Shown here: piece by piece, positions 11,409-24,847 of the stretch | Numbering within the stretch: the first letter of the stretch is position 1 | Layout: each line of letters begins with the position of its first letter | Origin: Lophium mytilinum | Lineage: Eukaryota | NCBI GenBank assembly: GCA_010093605.1 | Contig: MU004182.1 | Coordinates: 445,502-509,501 of the forward strand | Direction of reading: 5' to 3' | Length of the DNA: 64,000 nucleotides | The notes under the pieces: generated by a model | What the model saw: only the letters and a program-made list of their open reading frames with translations | Databases searched by the model: none | What the model was told of the DNA's origin: nothing | Program-made: the position numbers and the translations under genes

Positions 11409-13156
11409 CTACGGCGGGGCAATGACTCTTCCAGAATCCACAATAACCTGCTCATCGAGCCGCTTCTCCGTCTCTCCGTACTCGACCCTCTTCCAAGTCG
11501 AGATCCTGGCCTCGTTCGCATCGACTTCGAACACGCGGATGCGGCGATGATACCACTCGTCTCGGCCATATCCTCCAAAACCAACGCCACCGGCATAACA
11601 CATCCACAGCTCCGGATCGTCGGACTTGTCGTTCTTGGCAAGGGCACAGTAGTCGTTGACATGATCGTGGCCGCACGAAACCGCCTTGACGCCTTCTTCG
11701 ACTAGAGCATCCTTGAAGTGTGTATTGAAGCGTGGTGCCATAGGGGTTTCTCCCCATTTACCGACTATCATGTTCTTTTCGTTCGTGTACTCAGGCAGGG
11801 GAATATGGATAAAAGCCATATCGAGGTGGATGTGAGTGTACTGCTTGTGGCCATTCGACTTCTTGAGGGTTTGCGCTGTATCCTTGAACCACTGGATTTG
11901 CTTAGGTTTGAGCCAGTCGTAGCCGGGATACAGGCGCTCATCGGGCGAACCGCTGTGAGTATCGAGGAAGTAGAGGGTCAGAGCCGAGTGTTTGTTGTTG
12001 CCGTGGGCGAGGACTTCGACATAGTAGTTACCAATGCCCTCGATAGTATTGGAACCAGTTGCAGCGAGAGAGTAAGGTAGAGACTCGATCAGGGACATAA
12101 GGGCGTCCCGAGGGAGAGAACCTGTATCATCGTGATTCCCCCAAATAGTGGCATAAGGAATGTGGTGTTTGGCGAGAAGTTCGGCGATCTTGAACAAGGC
12201 CTGCATAATGTTAGAGCGTCGGGAAACATGGAGTGGGATAAACTAACAGTTTGAGCGTCTGGAGCCGTCTCCCCGTTTACTATGTCTCCAGAAAGAACTA
12301 CCATGTCAGGCTTTTCGTCAACTATGGCCTTGGCCACGAACTCGAGGGTTCTAGGGTCGGCATCGCATTTTGCAAACTCTTTAGTCTTTGGGTTTGCGTC
12401 TCTGCAGACACCTAATCCAGTGCTGAGATGGAGGTCAGAAACCTGCATGATCTTGAACTTGCCATCTTTTCCGATTCTGGGGACCGGTTTCGAGAATGGC
12501 TTGGGGCTTCCTCGGCGAATGGTCAGTCGGGCCTCGTGAATCTCTCCAGCTGTGTCCAGCTGCAACGCGTTGTCCTTGATTTCCCAGCCCGGGCGCGGTT
12601 CGACAGCATCTGCACCGAATAAAACGTCAACTGCAGTCACGACATTGGTAGAGTCGGCGGCGTGTCGCTTGGCCGTCCGTTTCAGCCAAATTCCAGCAGG
12701 ACGAGCCTCCCATCTATGAGCCGCCTCATCTTTTTCGCCCACTGCAGGATCTAGGCGTCCGATCCTAACGTCCTCAATGACTCGGTCATCCTCCTTCAGC
12801 TCTTCTTCTCGCTTGCGTTTGATGTGGACGTATGCGCCAGAGACCCAGCCGGTGCTGAGGTAGAGATCCTTCTCGATGCGGTGCCATTCGTTGGCGTCAA
12901 GCTTGCAAGATCCTAGCGGGTTGAGGCTTGAACATGTTTGGACGGTTATGTCGGTGATGACGAGACCTTCATGGTGGAGAGGGAGGTGGCTGTGAATGGA
13001 CTGAGGGAGAACGCGGTAACGAGTGTCTAGGAAGAACACCAAGAATAGAATAATGGTGGCGAAGATACCAAGCTGAATGCTAGCGCGAACCTTTGAAGAT
13101 GTTAGCATTCTGGTCTGCTCGGAGAAGTTTGCTCAACATACAATCCGTCGCGTCAT
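11409..13156 (-). CDS. DCR2: Calcineurin-like metallophosphoesterase, Dcr2-like (3 exons)
   Basis: Motifs SDLH, SGD, GNHD, HIPLPEY, CGHDHVND and GFGGYG. Introns 13091-13141 (giving MTRRI-VRASIQ) and 12201-12247. N-terminal membrane anchor. Confidence 0.9.
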
Positions 13157-13718
13157 GGTTGCTGAGGGTGCCCTCGCTCGGGGGTGCCTGCGGGGAATGC
13201 GGAGGTGGTGTTCACTAGCTATGGACTTGTCAGATGCGCTCGTGGAAGCCGCTCGCCATCCTAGTTGATGACTAGGTAGAGATGCAGGTTAGATAGCACG
13301 GTGACGGCACGGTTTGGTGACGGCAACTGGCGAAGGTTGGTGTTTGTCGTTCGAGTGTGGTCGAGGTTGCGTTTCCCTAGAAATCTGGCGTCCTGTCTTC
13401 CGAGTCACGCTAGCGCGAAATGCATGCTGGCGATCATACCAGGGTAACTGGGGAAAAGCTGCGTGGAACAAAAGTGGCAGTCTAAGACCGGGCATGCATA
13501 GTATACTCGCGAGAACTATCAAATTCAAGTTGTGATATTTGAATAGATAACCTAACGCAGTGTGAAGCTACTGCACTTCGTTTATATAAAGTATGTAACG
13601 CAATATAAATATCGAGGTATGAAGTGTGGGATGAAACTTCGTGGACTGCCACTTTTATGTCAAGGAAACCTGACTACATGAGAAATAAATCGAGCCCTCC
13701 AGGTCAACCATCGAGAGC

Positions 13719-15119
13719 ATGAAAGCCTTATTACGAATCCCCACAACAACGCGTAGAAGCCTCCTGGCACAAAGAACGAGGCCGAACGCAGTGTGCCAAC
13801 AATGCTGCCGCCAGCTCACCACCCATGGAAAAGTGTTTGAAGGTCCTGATATACTCCCAATTACCTACGCATCCTGCTAACAGCTTCATAGAAGGCGATA
13901 TCGTCTTGCTGCGCGGCAAGCGCGATGGCCCGTCCGACGGCCTCCTCTCCAAGCCCCTAGATCCCTCCAAGACGATGTCTATAAATACAGGACGCGGCGA
14001 AGTCCCCCACTCCAACATCATCGGCAAGCGTATTCGAGACATTGTCTTAGCAAAAAAGGGCCACGAGTTCCGCGTCTATGAGCCAACGCTTGCAGAGTAC
14101 GTCCGATTGACTCCGCGCGTAGTCACACCCGTGCGTGTTTAGGATCATTCTTCCTACCATACTCTCCCAATCGCAGCTGATTGTAAAATTAGATATATCC
14201 CAGCGATGCGAACATCATCGTGTCCCTCCTGGACATACACGTCACTCCTCCCTCCGGATCTAACGAGGATGCCCCACCGCTCGAGATCCTCGAAGCTGGC
14301 ACTGGACATGGTGCATTGACACTCCACCTTTCGCGAGCAATTCACGCCGCGAATCCTGCACTACCAAACCTACAATCTACTTCCACGGGCCTTAGAGAGG
14401 GAGAAGATCCAGAAAAACTAGCCGAATCAATCGTCGAATCCAACAATGCCAGCCTGGAAGCATGGAAGCAACAACGCCGAGCCGTCGTCCACACCCTAGA
14501 TATCTCGAAGGAGTTCCAGTCGCATGCGCGGAAGGTCGTGCGTAACTTCCGGAAAGGGATATATGCTGGCAATGTCGACTTCCATGTCGGCGATGTCTCC
14601 GCCTGGGTAGCGTCTGAGATGAAGGCGCGCAACACAACGGAGCCCTTCCTGTCGCACATCTTCCTGGACTTGCCCTCAGCCGATTCCCACCTCGCGAATG
14701 TAGCACCAGCGCTGCATGTTGATGGGATACTTGCCGTATTCAATCCGAGTATCACGCAGATTGCGGAGTGCGTTGAGATCATCCGCACCCAGAAGCTGCC
14801 GTATGTGCTAGATCAGGTGGTTGAGCTGGGTGCTACGGCTACAATGCGGCAATGGGACGTTCGGTCTGTTAGACCACGCTCTGTTTTCAAGAAGGCGGCT
14901 TTGTCGCAGGCCAGTGAAACCTCTGAAGCGTCTTCGGACGAGGCGAGTCAAGATGAGGCAGTCGAGGGGCATGCTTCGAGAGATGGGGAGCTCGAGGACA
15001 ATATGGCCAAGACTAAATCCGACTACGCTATGGTGTGTCGTCCGAAGGTTGGGGAAAGGGTTGTTGGTGGCGGCTTTCTTGGCTTGTGGAGACGCATGCG
15101 ATCTTCTGGAGAGGAGTGA
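13719..15119 (+). CDS. tRNA (adenine-N1)-methyltransferase catalytic subunit, Trm61-like, probably mitochondrial (3 exons)
   Basis: PTLAEYVRLTPRVVTP-IYPSD, SAM-binding ILEAGTGHGALT and IFLDLP. Introns 13843-13891 and 14131-14192. Arg-rich N-terminus. Confidence 0.85.
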
Positions 15120-15559
15120 GTGAGGCTTAAGATTTGTATTGTAGTTGTGTGTATCATTGTGTCCCAGCGGCTATCTGGGCATGTACCAATTATGCTTTTC
15201 AAGCATTCGTAAAATATAACGACGTTGACCAGCATCACCTGTGCCTGCAGGCTTGCCCCGTTTCTCTATCTGCCGATTCCCCTACTCTCTCCACATCGGA
15301 TGCTGCGATTCCCATTTTGAGAGTCAAAGCTGTCAACCATGTATAAAAGTTTGCAAAGTAGGACAGGTCAATATTATAAACCGAGGAGATATGGTTGTCC
15401 ACGTGACCTTATAGTACAGCCAATCAACGCGTTCTCCCCGCCGATGCAGACTTCCGCTCGCATGCCCCGCGACGTCAACAAACACCACAACTTCATCTCT
15501 CTCTCTCCAATCCACTACTACCACAACCCCACAACAGAAACACAATCGCAAACCCTATA

Positions 15560-16268
15560 ATGCCCGCCTCAACCTCGCGCACCCCCTCCCCCGCGCCCGC
15601 CCCGCCAACCGCCGACTCCCCCGGGCCCAAAGCCACCCGCCTGATCTCCATCTTCACGCAATCCGTCGACGCGACCCTCGCCAAATGCTCATACAAAAGC
15701 TTCGCCGCCTGCTTCCCCACAGCCGCCAAATACGTGCCGGAGTCGCTGGACGCGCTCTGGCGCAACTTTACGGGCCAATTGGGGAGTGTGTGGAAGGCCG
15801 AGTTTGAGGCGATCTTGAAGGAGAGGGAGGTGGTGAAGAGTCTGAATGGGCTGGATGATGCGGTGGGGGAGGCGAGGAAGAGGATGGAGAGGGAGGGGGG
15901 AGAGGGGGAGGTGCCTGTGCCGTGAGTCGCGTACCCCTACCATTTCAGTTGAAGAGGTGGGACGAAGCTAATTTTGGGTGTTGGATAGGCCGCATACGCT
16001 TCCGCCCTCGACGTTGCATCTTGCGCATCTGATGCCTTTCCTGGAAGAACATACAGCGATTTTGGATACGCAGCTTGCGGAGACACAGACGAAGAATCGG
16101 GAATTAGCCGACGAGGTTATTGGCCAGAGGAAGGAGATTGAGAGCCTGTTGAGGGGACTTGAGAGCGTGATAAGAGATCTGGAGACTTCTGCGCAGTTGA
16201 TGGGGGCGGAGGAGGTGCAGGGGCTTGGCGCGGAGGTTAGGGAGATTGAGGGGGGGATGAAGAAGTGA
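15560..16268 (+). CDS. NNF1: MIND/Mis12 kinetochore complex subunit Nnf1 (2 exons)
   Basis: TLAKCSYKSFAACFPT, EFEAILKEREVVKSLNGLD and PPHTLPP across intron 15922-15988, followed by a coiled coil. Confidence 0.85.
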
Positions 16269-17662
16269 TGAAGATAGCGAGATGAACCCGCATCAAGAAA
16301 GCCTGGAACTCACCCGCCGCGTGGTGCTTTTTCAGCGTATGGTTCTCTCGCTCGGTGTCGCCTTCAGCCTCGCCGACATTCAGCGTGCCTACAAAACCCC
16401 GCACAAAGGGCACAACAAGCAGATTATCGACATCGCAATGCTGCCAAAGACGGACTACCAGTTCACGGACGTGTTGCGGACTGGGTCAGATACGTCAAGC
16501 TTGTTATGCTCGTCATCGACCTGATCCTCGCTATTATAAACCACCGCTGTCCCAAGACCGGCGAGCAAACGCGGCCTTCGACATCTCGATGACGGCGGCC
16601 ATTGTCTATCTTCAAAACGCTCGGAAAGACATTGCGGGTAAGGGGCTTTTGCAACTGGGGGAAGGTCGCGATAATGCACCAGGAGTGTGTGAGAACGAAA
16701 GTAACCGATTGCTCGCCAATTACAAAGACAGACGAAATCAACCTTCTCTTTCGTATTACCTAACGTTACGTATCAATCATGTGAAAATCTCTTAATGTTT
16801 GACTTTCTTTCCTCTCTTGTGACTCCTTCTACCTGTTATCTTCTAAGCTCGAGTTGCGGACCGATTCCCTTCATACAGATTCTTCATTCCACCCTTGGGA
16901 CATTTCCTGGCTCTCTACCTATTTCCGTCCTTTTGCCATGGAAGGTCCTGAGCACTGAACTCGAACAATATTTCGCAGCGTTGCCTGAATTCGTACTCTT
17001 GATGTCTATACCAGATGTAAGTGATCTCCTCTAATCAAACATGACAAACGGCCTTCATGGCTCAGCCTGCATAGCATCAAGACCTCTTCGCTGTAATGGG
17101 CATCATCATCGCCAGCATGCGTACGCCAAGCTTTCAGCCACCCGACTCCATTGGGCATATCCGAACCGTCTGTTAATACTCCCGCTCAGAATGCCCCGAC
17201 TTCTTAGAGAGCACACTCCAGACATGTTTTGATGTCTGGCCGCTTCACATTGAGAACCAGTTTGTATGTTTTGCACCCGCTCTGCCCTTTTTACTGCTGG
17301 AAACCATGGAGCAAAGTCTCGGTAAAGCTTTTATATCCTAGATGTATTGTTTCGAAGCCATCACATGTGAGCACTGGTAAGCTCACGTGCGTACATCCGT
17401 CCGCTGAATGCTGTGCAAGAGTAGCAGAGTCGCTGGGGGCTCTTCGGCCACCTCAAGCTATCTAATGTATCCGATTCTATTCACTGTTGCCCGTCGCCCC
17501 TCCCGACAATCTTTGCCGACTATTTAAACGTCGGTCTCCATACGAACCGCTGCTCCCCAACGACTACACTCACACACTGAGCCACCCACCATATCGAACA
17601 CGTGCGTCTCTCATCAACTCACTAAACACCACCAACCGACATCTTCGAACCTTCTCCTTATC

Positions 17663-18574
17663 ATGGCCGCCTATATTGATTATCTCAAGGCCCTCCTCAG
17701 CCGCGCCGACGCCAATGGCACCCTACTTGCGGAGGGAGCCCATGGCATTCAGTCTCCTCCCAACGACGAACCCGCAACGGCGACGAAGGCGAGCAATCTT
17801 GCCCGCGAGAACCTCAAATCTCTGGAATCTCTCCTAGCAGAGAATGACCGCAGCCTTCCAGATCAAATCAGAGAGAAGCTGCTGCAACATTCCCGCGTGT
17901 CGACACTATCAGGTCGCGCTTTGAACCTGTTCAATCTGTTGATGGAGCATAAGACCGAAACCGTGTACACCACCATAGGCGCCGTCACCGCTAGTGTCTT
18001 AGGCTATCTGGTGGCCCAGTACGTGGCTCGACAGGCTGTGAAAGAAGAGGGCCAAGACCACGAAGTGGCCGGCTCGAGGCATCGCGTCGCCAAATCCCTC
18101 GAAGCCGGGTCCAAGACGGAAACTTTTGAACACGCGAAGGACCGTGAAGGTGGCGTCGCGGCCCTGAACAACGAGCTAGCCAAGCCGGGGAATGAGGTGA
18201 ACGATATCGAGGGTGGTAACGATGGTGCAGTTGCAGAAGCGGATACAGAGAATCATGTGGACTCGGGCTCACTGCTCAAGACCTGGGCGGAGAATTCGAG
18301 CGGCGCGAAGGACGAGGGAAAGCGTGAGGCTGCCGGAGACCACCAGACCGACGTCCGTTTGCCGACAATAACTATCAGCCCCGGACCTTCCAATACGCAG
18401 GAGCTCGAAGTAGTGGACAACAAGGTCTGCTTTGGCACTACGAATGCCAACCTTCCGCTCAATCAGACTATTGAGAGCGTTGATGGTGACTCCGGTGCGG
18501 ACATCTCTTCACTAGACTTGGACTGGGAGGTCATAGATGATGAGCACGAGGTTGGTTGGGTTGGGGAAGACTAG
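17663..18574 (+). CDS. Orphan single-TM family member A, with C-terminal AIM-like DWEVI
   Basis: Intronless, 303 aa. MAAYIDYLKALL..GIQSPP..LPDQIREKL aligns with B, C and D. Hydrophobic segment IGAVTASVLGYLVAQY, then an acidic tail. Confidence 0.8.
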   Translation: MAAYIDYLKALLSRADANGTLLAEGAHGIQSPPNDEPATATKASNLARENLKSLESLLAENDRSLPDQIREKLLQHSRVSTLSGRALNLFNLLMEHKTETVYTTIGAVTASVLGYLVAQYVARQAVKEEGQDHEVAGSRHRVAKSLEAGSKTETFEHAKDREGGVAALNNELAKPGNEVNDIEGGNDGAVAEADTENHVDSGSLLKTWAENSSGAKDEGKREAAGDHQTDVRLPTITISPGPSNTQELEVVDNKVCFGTTNANLPLNQTIESVDGDSGADISSLDLDWEVIDDEHEVGWVGED

Positions 18575-19750
18575 CGGAGGTTTTTGATCGAGCTGTTGGG
18601 GTCTCGATCGGGTGCCCGAGTTGGAGCAGTACTATGGCAGTCGAATATTCAGTAGGTTTGACGGGCCCCTCAAAATCTCTCTCTCGGCAGTGGAGGATGT
18701 CGATGGTCTTGAGCTCCTCATGTACCGGTATTCACTATATTCTAGAGGATATTGCCTGCGCAATGCCTTGTAACCAAGTTTTCCTGTAGTCATGGCCCTT
18801 TCTTACAGGCCCATATCATTGATTATTATCTTTCTCTTCACGAAAAGCTCTTGCAATGCTCGTGTATATCACCCGCCAAGATCGAACCGCGCTGGAAGCT
18901 CGGTTAAGTCGCGTCGATCCAGGGTCTATTCTATTATAAGAGTGGTGAATGATAGTGAGACTATACAGTCAATTTAATTTTCGCAGCCCCCACCAATCTT
19001 AGGGACTGGAACATTTCGCTCGTGATATGCTGGTAGACGTACTGGCGGACTGATGATGTGGTTGCTTCTCTAAGGTATCCTTCCGGGGCGTCCAGGCTTT
19101 AGCCTGGAATCGGATTACGCTCCCTCCCTGAATGTCTAGGCCTAGCCTAGGTTCGAATCTTGCTCGGGTACTTCTTCTTTTCTACTTTTTGCTGCAATTC
19201 CGGCCTCGTACCGATCACGTAGTCGTGAAGCCTCCATGGTGTCACTAACACCTCTCTAGGACGTGTACCCACTCCGTATCTTTGCACGGGCGTGGCATCC
19301 GGGCCTTTCTCTTATTTGCGTGCGACTTCACGCGTCTCTTAACAGTGGCCTGTCGTCATGACCCATCGTTGGGAACTTTGCAAGTTCGGAGGTCTTCCTC
19401 TACGCTCCTTTCGGTCATAATCGCTAATTCTGTACCTCTCTGTAAAGAAATTCATATAGTGTTTAGTACTGGCCTCCTCTAAGCACTGTAAGTGTGAACC
19501 TGTTTGTTATTCCTCTGTTATTCTGATCAGGGTGAATGCTGTGCATACTTCAAACACGAAATATCCAACAGTACTCGATCCATTCACCAATGCCTATGCG
19601 TTGTGTCTATAAAACCTCGAAGTCCCGTCAACAGCTTCTCTTCCACGTAACACCTACAAATCAAAACCACCACCCACCACCTCGTTGCGAACCTTATTTA
19701 CAAGCAACAGAACAACAAATATTCACCTCAACCAAATACTCAAATTCACC

Positions 19751-20173
19751 ATGCCAGACGCCGACTCAGAGGATCTCTGGGTCCTCCTGGAGGCGGTTCT
19801 GCGCCAAGCCCTCCCTCAGCTCGGAGAGGATTTCAAGACGGCCTGTCCGACTACCACGTGGATCCTTAGCCTGATTATGGAGCACCCGGTGACGGCCGTG
19901 GCCCTGGCCGCAGGGGCACTGGCCATCGCGGCTGTGAGACCTCTAGTGATTTGGTGGACATCTCGAGAGCTAAAGGACACCGGTAGGGAAAAGCGTGCGC
20001 TCTTTAGAAAGGCGCGCGATGCAGACAGCCAGGCCGATCAGGAGAAGCTTCTGAAGCTTGAGGACATATTCAGTCAAGCCATTGATGAATATAACACCGG
20101 ACCGAAAGATGTTCTGCTTGGGAAGAAACATCGCGAGGGTATCGGCGCCACTTTAGCGAAGTGGATAGTCTGA
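19751..20173 (+). CDS. Orphan single-TM family member F (short; lacks the first ~50 aa and the AIM-like tail)
   Basis: 140 aa. EDLWVLLEAVLRQALP..C.TTTWILSLIMEH..AAGALAIA matches B (DELKILLEDVARNLP..CSTTGRVL), A (LLMEH) and D (TAGALAIT). TATAAAA at 19608. Confidence 0.65.
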   Translation: MPDADSEDLWVLLEAVLRQALPQLGEDFKTACPTTTWILSLIMEHPVTAVALAAGALAIAAVRPLVIWWTSRELKDTGREKRALFRKARDADSQADQEKLLKLEDIFSQAIDEYNTGPKDVLLGKKHREGIGATLAKWIV

Positions 20174-20920
20174 GAGTATCAATGACAGGGAACATAACAA
20201 GGTCTAGGACAGCGGCAACAGGGTATAGCTCCTGAATACCTCTTCGCTGATAACAATGGCATATCAAGCATATTGTTTCTGACAAGTGACGTGAGCGACT
20301 TTCCGTTCTGGCTTTACTTTTGCAGGGCTAATTGTACTAGGGCCTGGCATGGGCAGAGATGCGAGCTATCTTGGCTCGACTGATCTGGCACTTCGATATA
20401 GAACTCGATGAGAGCTCGTTGTATTAGGACCGCGAGAAGGTTTCGGCGTGTGAGAGACGTCGCGTTTGACAGTTAGACTCAAGCTGAGGGACTCCTGATT
20501 CTGAGTAGAGCAAGGCTCAGAAGGTAGAGGATATATCTCATCACGGTGACCAGCATATGACGGCTTGGAATGAGATTCATGGCCTGTGGTATATAATCAC
20601 TAACTAAGAATATGTACAGCCGAGAGCTAGCTTCGTGGCAAGTCGCATCTACAGCAATTCACAGCAGTGCACCTGGCAATCCTTGCATAATATATACAGA
20701 AGTTGCGTAAAATCACCTCCATGGATTCACCGCTGGCTTTTGGTGGCATATCAAGCCTATTTAAACCTCCCCTTCCTACAACTTACTCCTTTTCAACTCA
20801 AACACCCCACACCGCGCACCAACCACCACTTCGTCATCCACAGCAACCACCACTTCTTCATCTTCCACAGCATCCGCTAACATCACAACCCCAGCAAGCA
20901 CTTTCAGCTCCTCAATCAGT

Positions 20921-21661
20921 ATGGCTAATTGCATAATCTTCCTCAAGTCTCTCTTGACCCGCAGCGATGCCAATAATACCCTTTCCGCTGAAGTCTACAA
21001 CGGAATCAAGTGGTTGCCTAACGAAGAAGACTTCTACTGGCAGGTTTCTGCCAACAAGACCTGCGGCCTTTCGAAAGAAGCCCAAGACGAGCTGAAGATT
21101 CTGTTGGAAGATGTCGCGCGGAACCTTCCCAATCCTATCAAGAAGGAGTTGATGCAGGTTTGCACGTGCTCGACGACCGGTCGTGTCCTGTACTTCCTGA
21201 CAGGATCCAAGATGAGACTTGTTGGTACGGCTGTGGCAGTGGGACTAGCATATCTGGCTATAAAGTATGTGGTTCGGCATGGAAAGAAGATCCGCAAGGA
21301 GGAGCGGGAGATGTGCGAGATGAAGCTTGCTGAGTTGAAGCGCCAACTGGGAATCAATCTCAACGAAGAAGTCAATGAGCTCAAGGGGACTCTAGTCCAC
21401 GCTGAAGATCTCAAGGGAGCAGTTGCAGGATTGGCCAAGCAGAAAGATCTCGACAAGCTTCAGGATCGGGTCGATACCATCAATAGCGGTGTTGAAGGGG
21501 AACAACTCCAGCAATCTCCCAAGGTGATAGCCGTAGACATGGAGGAGGGAGTCACGGATGATCAGGAGGATGTCACTGCTGAATTCGATGGCGATTCCAA
21601 CGGGTCAATTATTTCTGAGTGGATCGAGCTCGATGAGGAGTTGTGGAAGGAGGCGAAGTAG
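20921..21661 (+). CDS. Orphan single-TM family member B, with C-terminal AIM-like EWIEL
   Basis: Intronless, 246 aa. MANCIIFLKSLL..GIKWLP..TCGLS..LPNPIKKEL..C, hydrophobic LVGTAVAVGLAYLAIKY, then KIRKEER and a coiled coil. Confidence 0.8.
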   Translation: MANCIIFLKSLLTRSDANNTLSAEVYNGIKWLPNEEDFYWQVSANKTCGLSKEAQDELKILLEDVARNLPNPIKKELMQVCTCSTTGRVLYFLTGSKMRLVGTAVAVGLAYLAIKYVVRHGKKIRKEEREMCEMKLAELKRQLGINLNEEVNELKGTLVHAEDLKGAVAGLAKQKDLDKLQDRVDTINSGVEGEQLQQSPKVIAVDMEEGVTDDQEDVTAEFDGDSNGSIISEWIELDEELWKEAK

Positions 21662-22501
21662 GCTGGCGGGACTCTGGAGTGAGTGGAGTGCTGTATCGAG
21701 ATAAGTCCCGTAGCCCTTCATGTGTTAGACGAGCTTTCTGCAGCATTGCGATGGCTTGGGGAGCTCGAGTGTAGTACACCAGCTAATGGAAGCTTCGCAG
21801 ACTATGTATCGTAAAGGGAGGTCATGGTTATCTCTACTTGATTCATGGTACTTTCTCGTGATGTCCTACTATGAACGCCGTTCTGCTTCACTTAGATTTC
21901 ACAGTGACGCAAAAGAACAGAGCAGTGTTGACTTCAAGTGAATGAGTGGCCACTGATTAAAGAGGGGAAGAAAGTGCGGTATTCGTTTTCGAGGGCGCTG
22001 ATTATACCTCGGGAACAAGCTAGAATACAAGCTGAAAAAACCTACTCGTGAAACAACTAGCGGTTTGTCTGAGAGCTCACTCGCAGAATTTCGCAGGCTT
22101 AATGGCCATCACATGCTCCTGTACCTACGATCACAAGCTTCGTGTACCAGGGTATAGTAGCTCGGCGAACCAATGTGTGAGTGTATCTGGAAACGTAGGC
22201 AGTCCTAGCTGTGCACCCTATTTGTCCGTGACCAAATCCAACGCGCACTATGGACAGAAGCGATCACGTCCACGACAGCTGCAATGGCCAAGAACATTTT
22301 AGATTTGGTCACATACGCGCGATATGGCGATAAAATGGCCCACCAAGCCAATTGTGTGATTGAACATCCGATCTACCGCGGAACTATCTTCATAACACTT
22401 TGCGTAGGTGCCGAGCCCGCCCTAATGAGTCTACCACTCTAGCGCTGGCGACGTACAGGATCTATAACAAAGAAACACGTCACAGTCAAGTCCGTGGCTG
22501 T

Positions 22502-24847
22502 CTAGGAGATTCCTGATATAATATCCTCCGCAATAAGCTCCGATAGGGCATCTGTTATTTATCAGCGAATGCATAATTAAATCTGACATGACGCGGAAGT
22601 GAAAGGAGTTGAGCTTACAAATAGTACTCATCGGATGCCCAGCAGGAAGGAGCGGAAAGATGCTCGTATCCACAACTCGCAGCCCTTCAACGCCATAGAC
22701 GCGTCCCCTCGTATCGACGACCGCATTTTTATCACCTTTCTTACCCATGGAGCCTAGAAAACCTCGCCATTAGCATTCTAAATAGTTCAGAGGAATTTCT
22801 TGAGAAATGCGTACATGTAGAGCTTGCATGATATCCGTTATCAGCCTTCTTCCTCACCCATTCGAGAATCTGCGCATCTGTGACAACATCTGGGCCGGGC
22901 TCAACCTCGCTGACCCATACGCCAGTCGCTCTGGCCAGCTCTCTGAGTCGCTTGATAGCGCCGACGATTAACTCCTCTTCGGCCTTTGTACTCATAGCAT
23001 TGACATCGACGATGGGTCGCTCGTGGGGATCAGCGCTACGAAGAGTGACGCTACCGCGGGAGAGGATCGTTTGCACAGCGACGGTGACGGACATGTAGTT
23101 GTTCGCAGCGGGTTTGTCGGGAGGATTAGAGCCAGGGGATAGGCCCAGATATTCGAGCTCGGGAAAGTCGTCGGAGAAGGTCGCGAGTGCTTCTTGTGTC
23201 TCTGGAGAGAGAGACGAGCGGTTGGGGAGTTTCTCCCATCCTATACGTGGGTCAGAGACTAAATCTAGCAGATGCAGTTGCATAAAGTAGGTTACCAATT
23301 ACACCCCCTCCCACACCAGTAAGAGGTCCAGTTTGTTCCGAAAGATAAGCCTCCACGGCCTCTGCATGAAGGGTCTCGTTGGTAGTCACGCCCGAGTTTG
23401 TGGTGACATTTGTTTCGTGGCTCGTGAAGATAAACAGATGGTCCTGAAGGGTGTGTTAAGTCGTTTTCTTGAAGAGAGAAGCGCTCGCGAATACATACCC
23501 ACATGTTCTTGCCGACTCCAGCAAGATCTGAAACAACGGGAATGCTGAAATTCGAAAGCGCGTCGGCTGGACCAATGCCCGAAAGTAAGAGAAGATGAGG
23601 AGAGTGAAACTGTTTTAGGTAAGCAAAGACCTACCAGGTGGGAGCGAGAGTAGTCTTACTACGCCCGAGGAAACGATGACCTCCTCCTTGGCCGAGATGG
23701 TGTACTCTGCACCGTTTGTTTCGACTAGCACACCCGTAGCCTTCTTCCCATCGAATACGATTTTCTTAGCGAGAGTTCTAAGGTATAGTTTGAGAGCTGT
23801 CTTATCAAGAGCCTCTTGCAGGAATGAAGCTTCCGAGGAGCTTCTGGTCTGGAATTCAGCATTGACTGCAAGCGTGCTTGGGGCATAGCCGTCCAGATGG
23901 CCACTGTTCAGTCCCTCGATTGGTTTAAAACCAGTCTTGGCGAATGCCTTTACCATGAATTGATCAAACGCTGGCCTAAAATTGGGGAAGGATGCTTCGA
24001 GTGGCCCTCCGGTCGGGCTATACATCTCGGGTTCATATGGTATGGAGACGTTAAGACCGATCTTTTCGAGGTTCGGAGGAGTGAACTTAACACTCTTCTT
24101 GAGGTATGGGAGGAACTTGTCCCACGTGAAAGACGAGTCGCCTACGAGATTGGACCACGTATCGTATGCGCCTTTGTTCGTTCGATGGAAGATCATGTCA
24201 TTGAGAGCAGAGCTGGGATCTTATTAGCTCTTGTGTAGAGCAGAGCTTATTTAGTCCACGCACCTCCCACCCAAAGTTTTTCCTGTAGAGGGATTAGCTT
24301 TCGCTCATTGGTGATGTCTCGTTCTCTGCTTACCTGCGGAATAATGTATTTGTCGTCCCCCAAAGCCCTAAATGAGAATGAGCACCGTATCTACCTCCCA
24401 CTTATCAAGTCGCCGCGGGCCAGCCACTCACCTTTTGCGGTTCAGTGATGATGCCCCAGTCCACTAACACCGGACTCGGTTCCAAGTCATTGAAACTCAG
24501 ATACTTGGCTCCGTACCCGGGAACTACGCTTGTGTTCCCATTGTCCAGCTCATAAAAGCTGCCCGCCTCGACTACTGCAACCGTGATGTTTGCACTCGAG
24601 GCAGCTAGTCGCGAAGCAGTTGCTAGCCCAGCTGTCCCACCGCCTACTACCTGCTTTCTTTGAGTAATTTGCGTCTGATTGTGAAAGAGAAGGTACGCAC
24701 TACGTAGTCGTATGTCGCGTTCTCGGCGAGGATGCCGAAGGAATTTCCAAATAGTCGTGTCCTGCCGTTCGTGTTGGTGGCGCCAAAGATTGCAGACGCT
24801 CCTGCGCACAAGCTAGATAAAGCGGTAAAAAGATGTGTCCAACGCAT
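22502..24847 (-). CDS. Secreted GMC oxidoreductase, AtC/PatE-like (multi-exon)
   Basis: Signal-peptide-like N-terminus, YDYV-VVGGGTAG FAD-binding motif, VEAG, EVIVSSG, YHASSTC, VVDTRGRVYGVEGLRVVDTSIFP and GHPMST. Several canonical introns; stop at 22502-22504. Confidence 0.9.

Noticed and set aside
16282..16795. Possible decayed gene just after NNF1
   Set aside because: Some protein-like stretches occur in shifting frames, but I cannot match them to any family. A translated search is needed.
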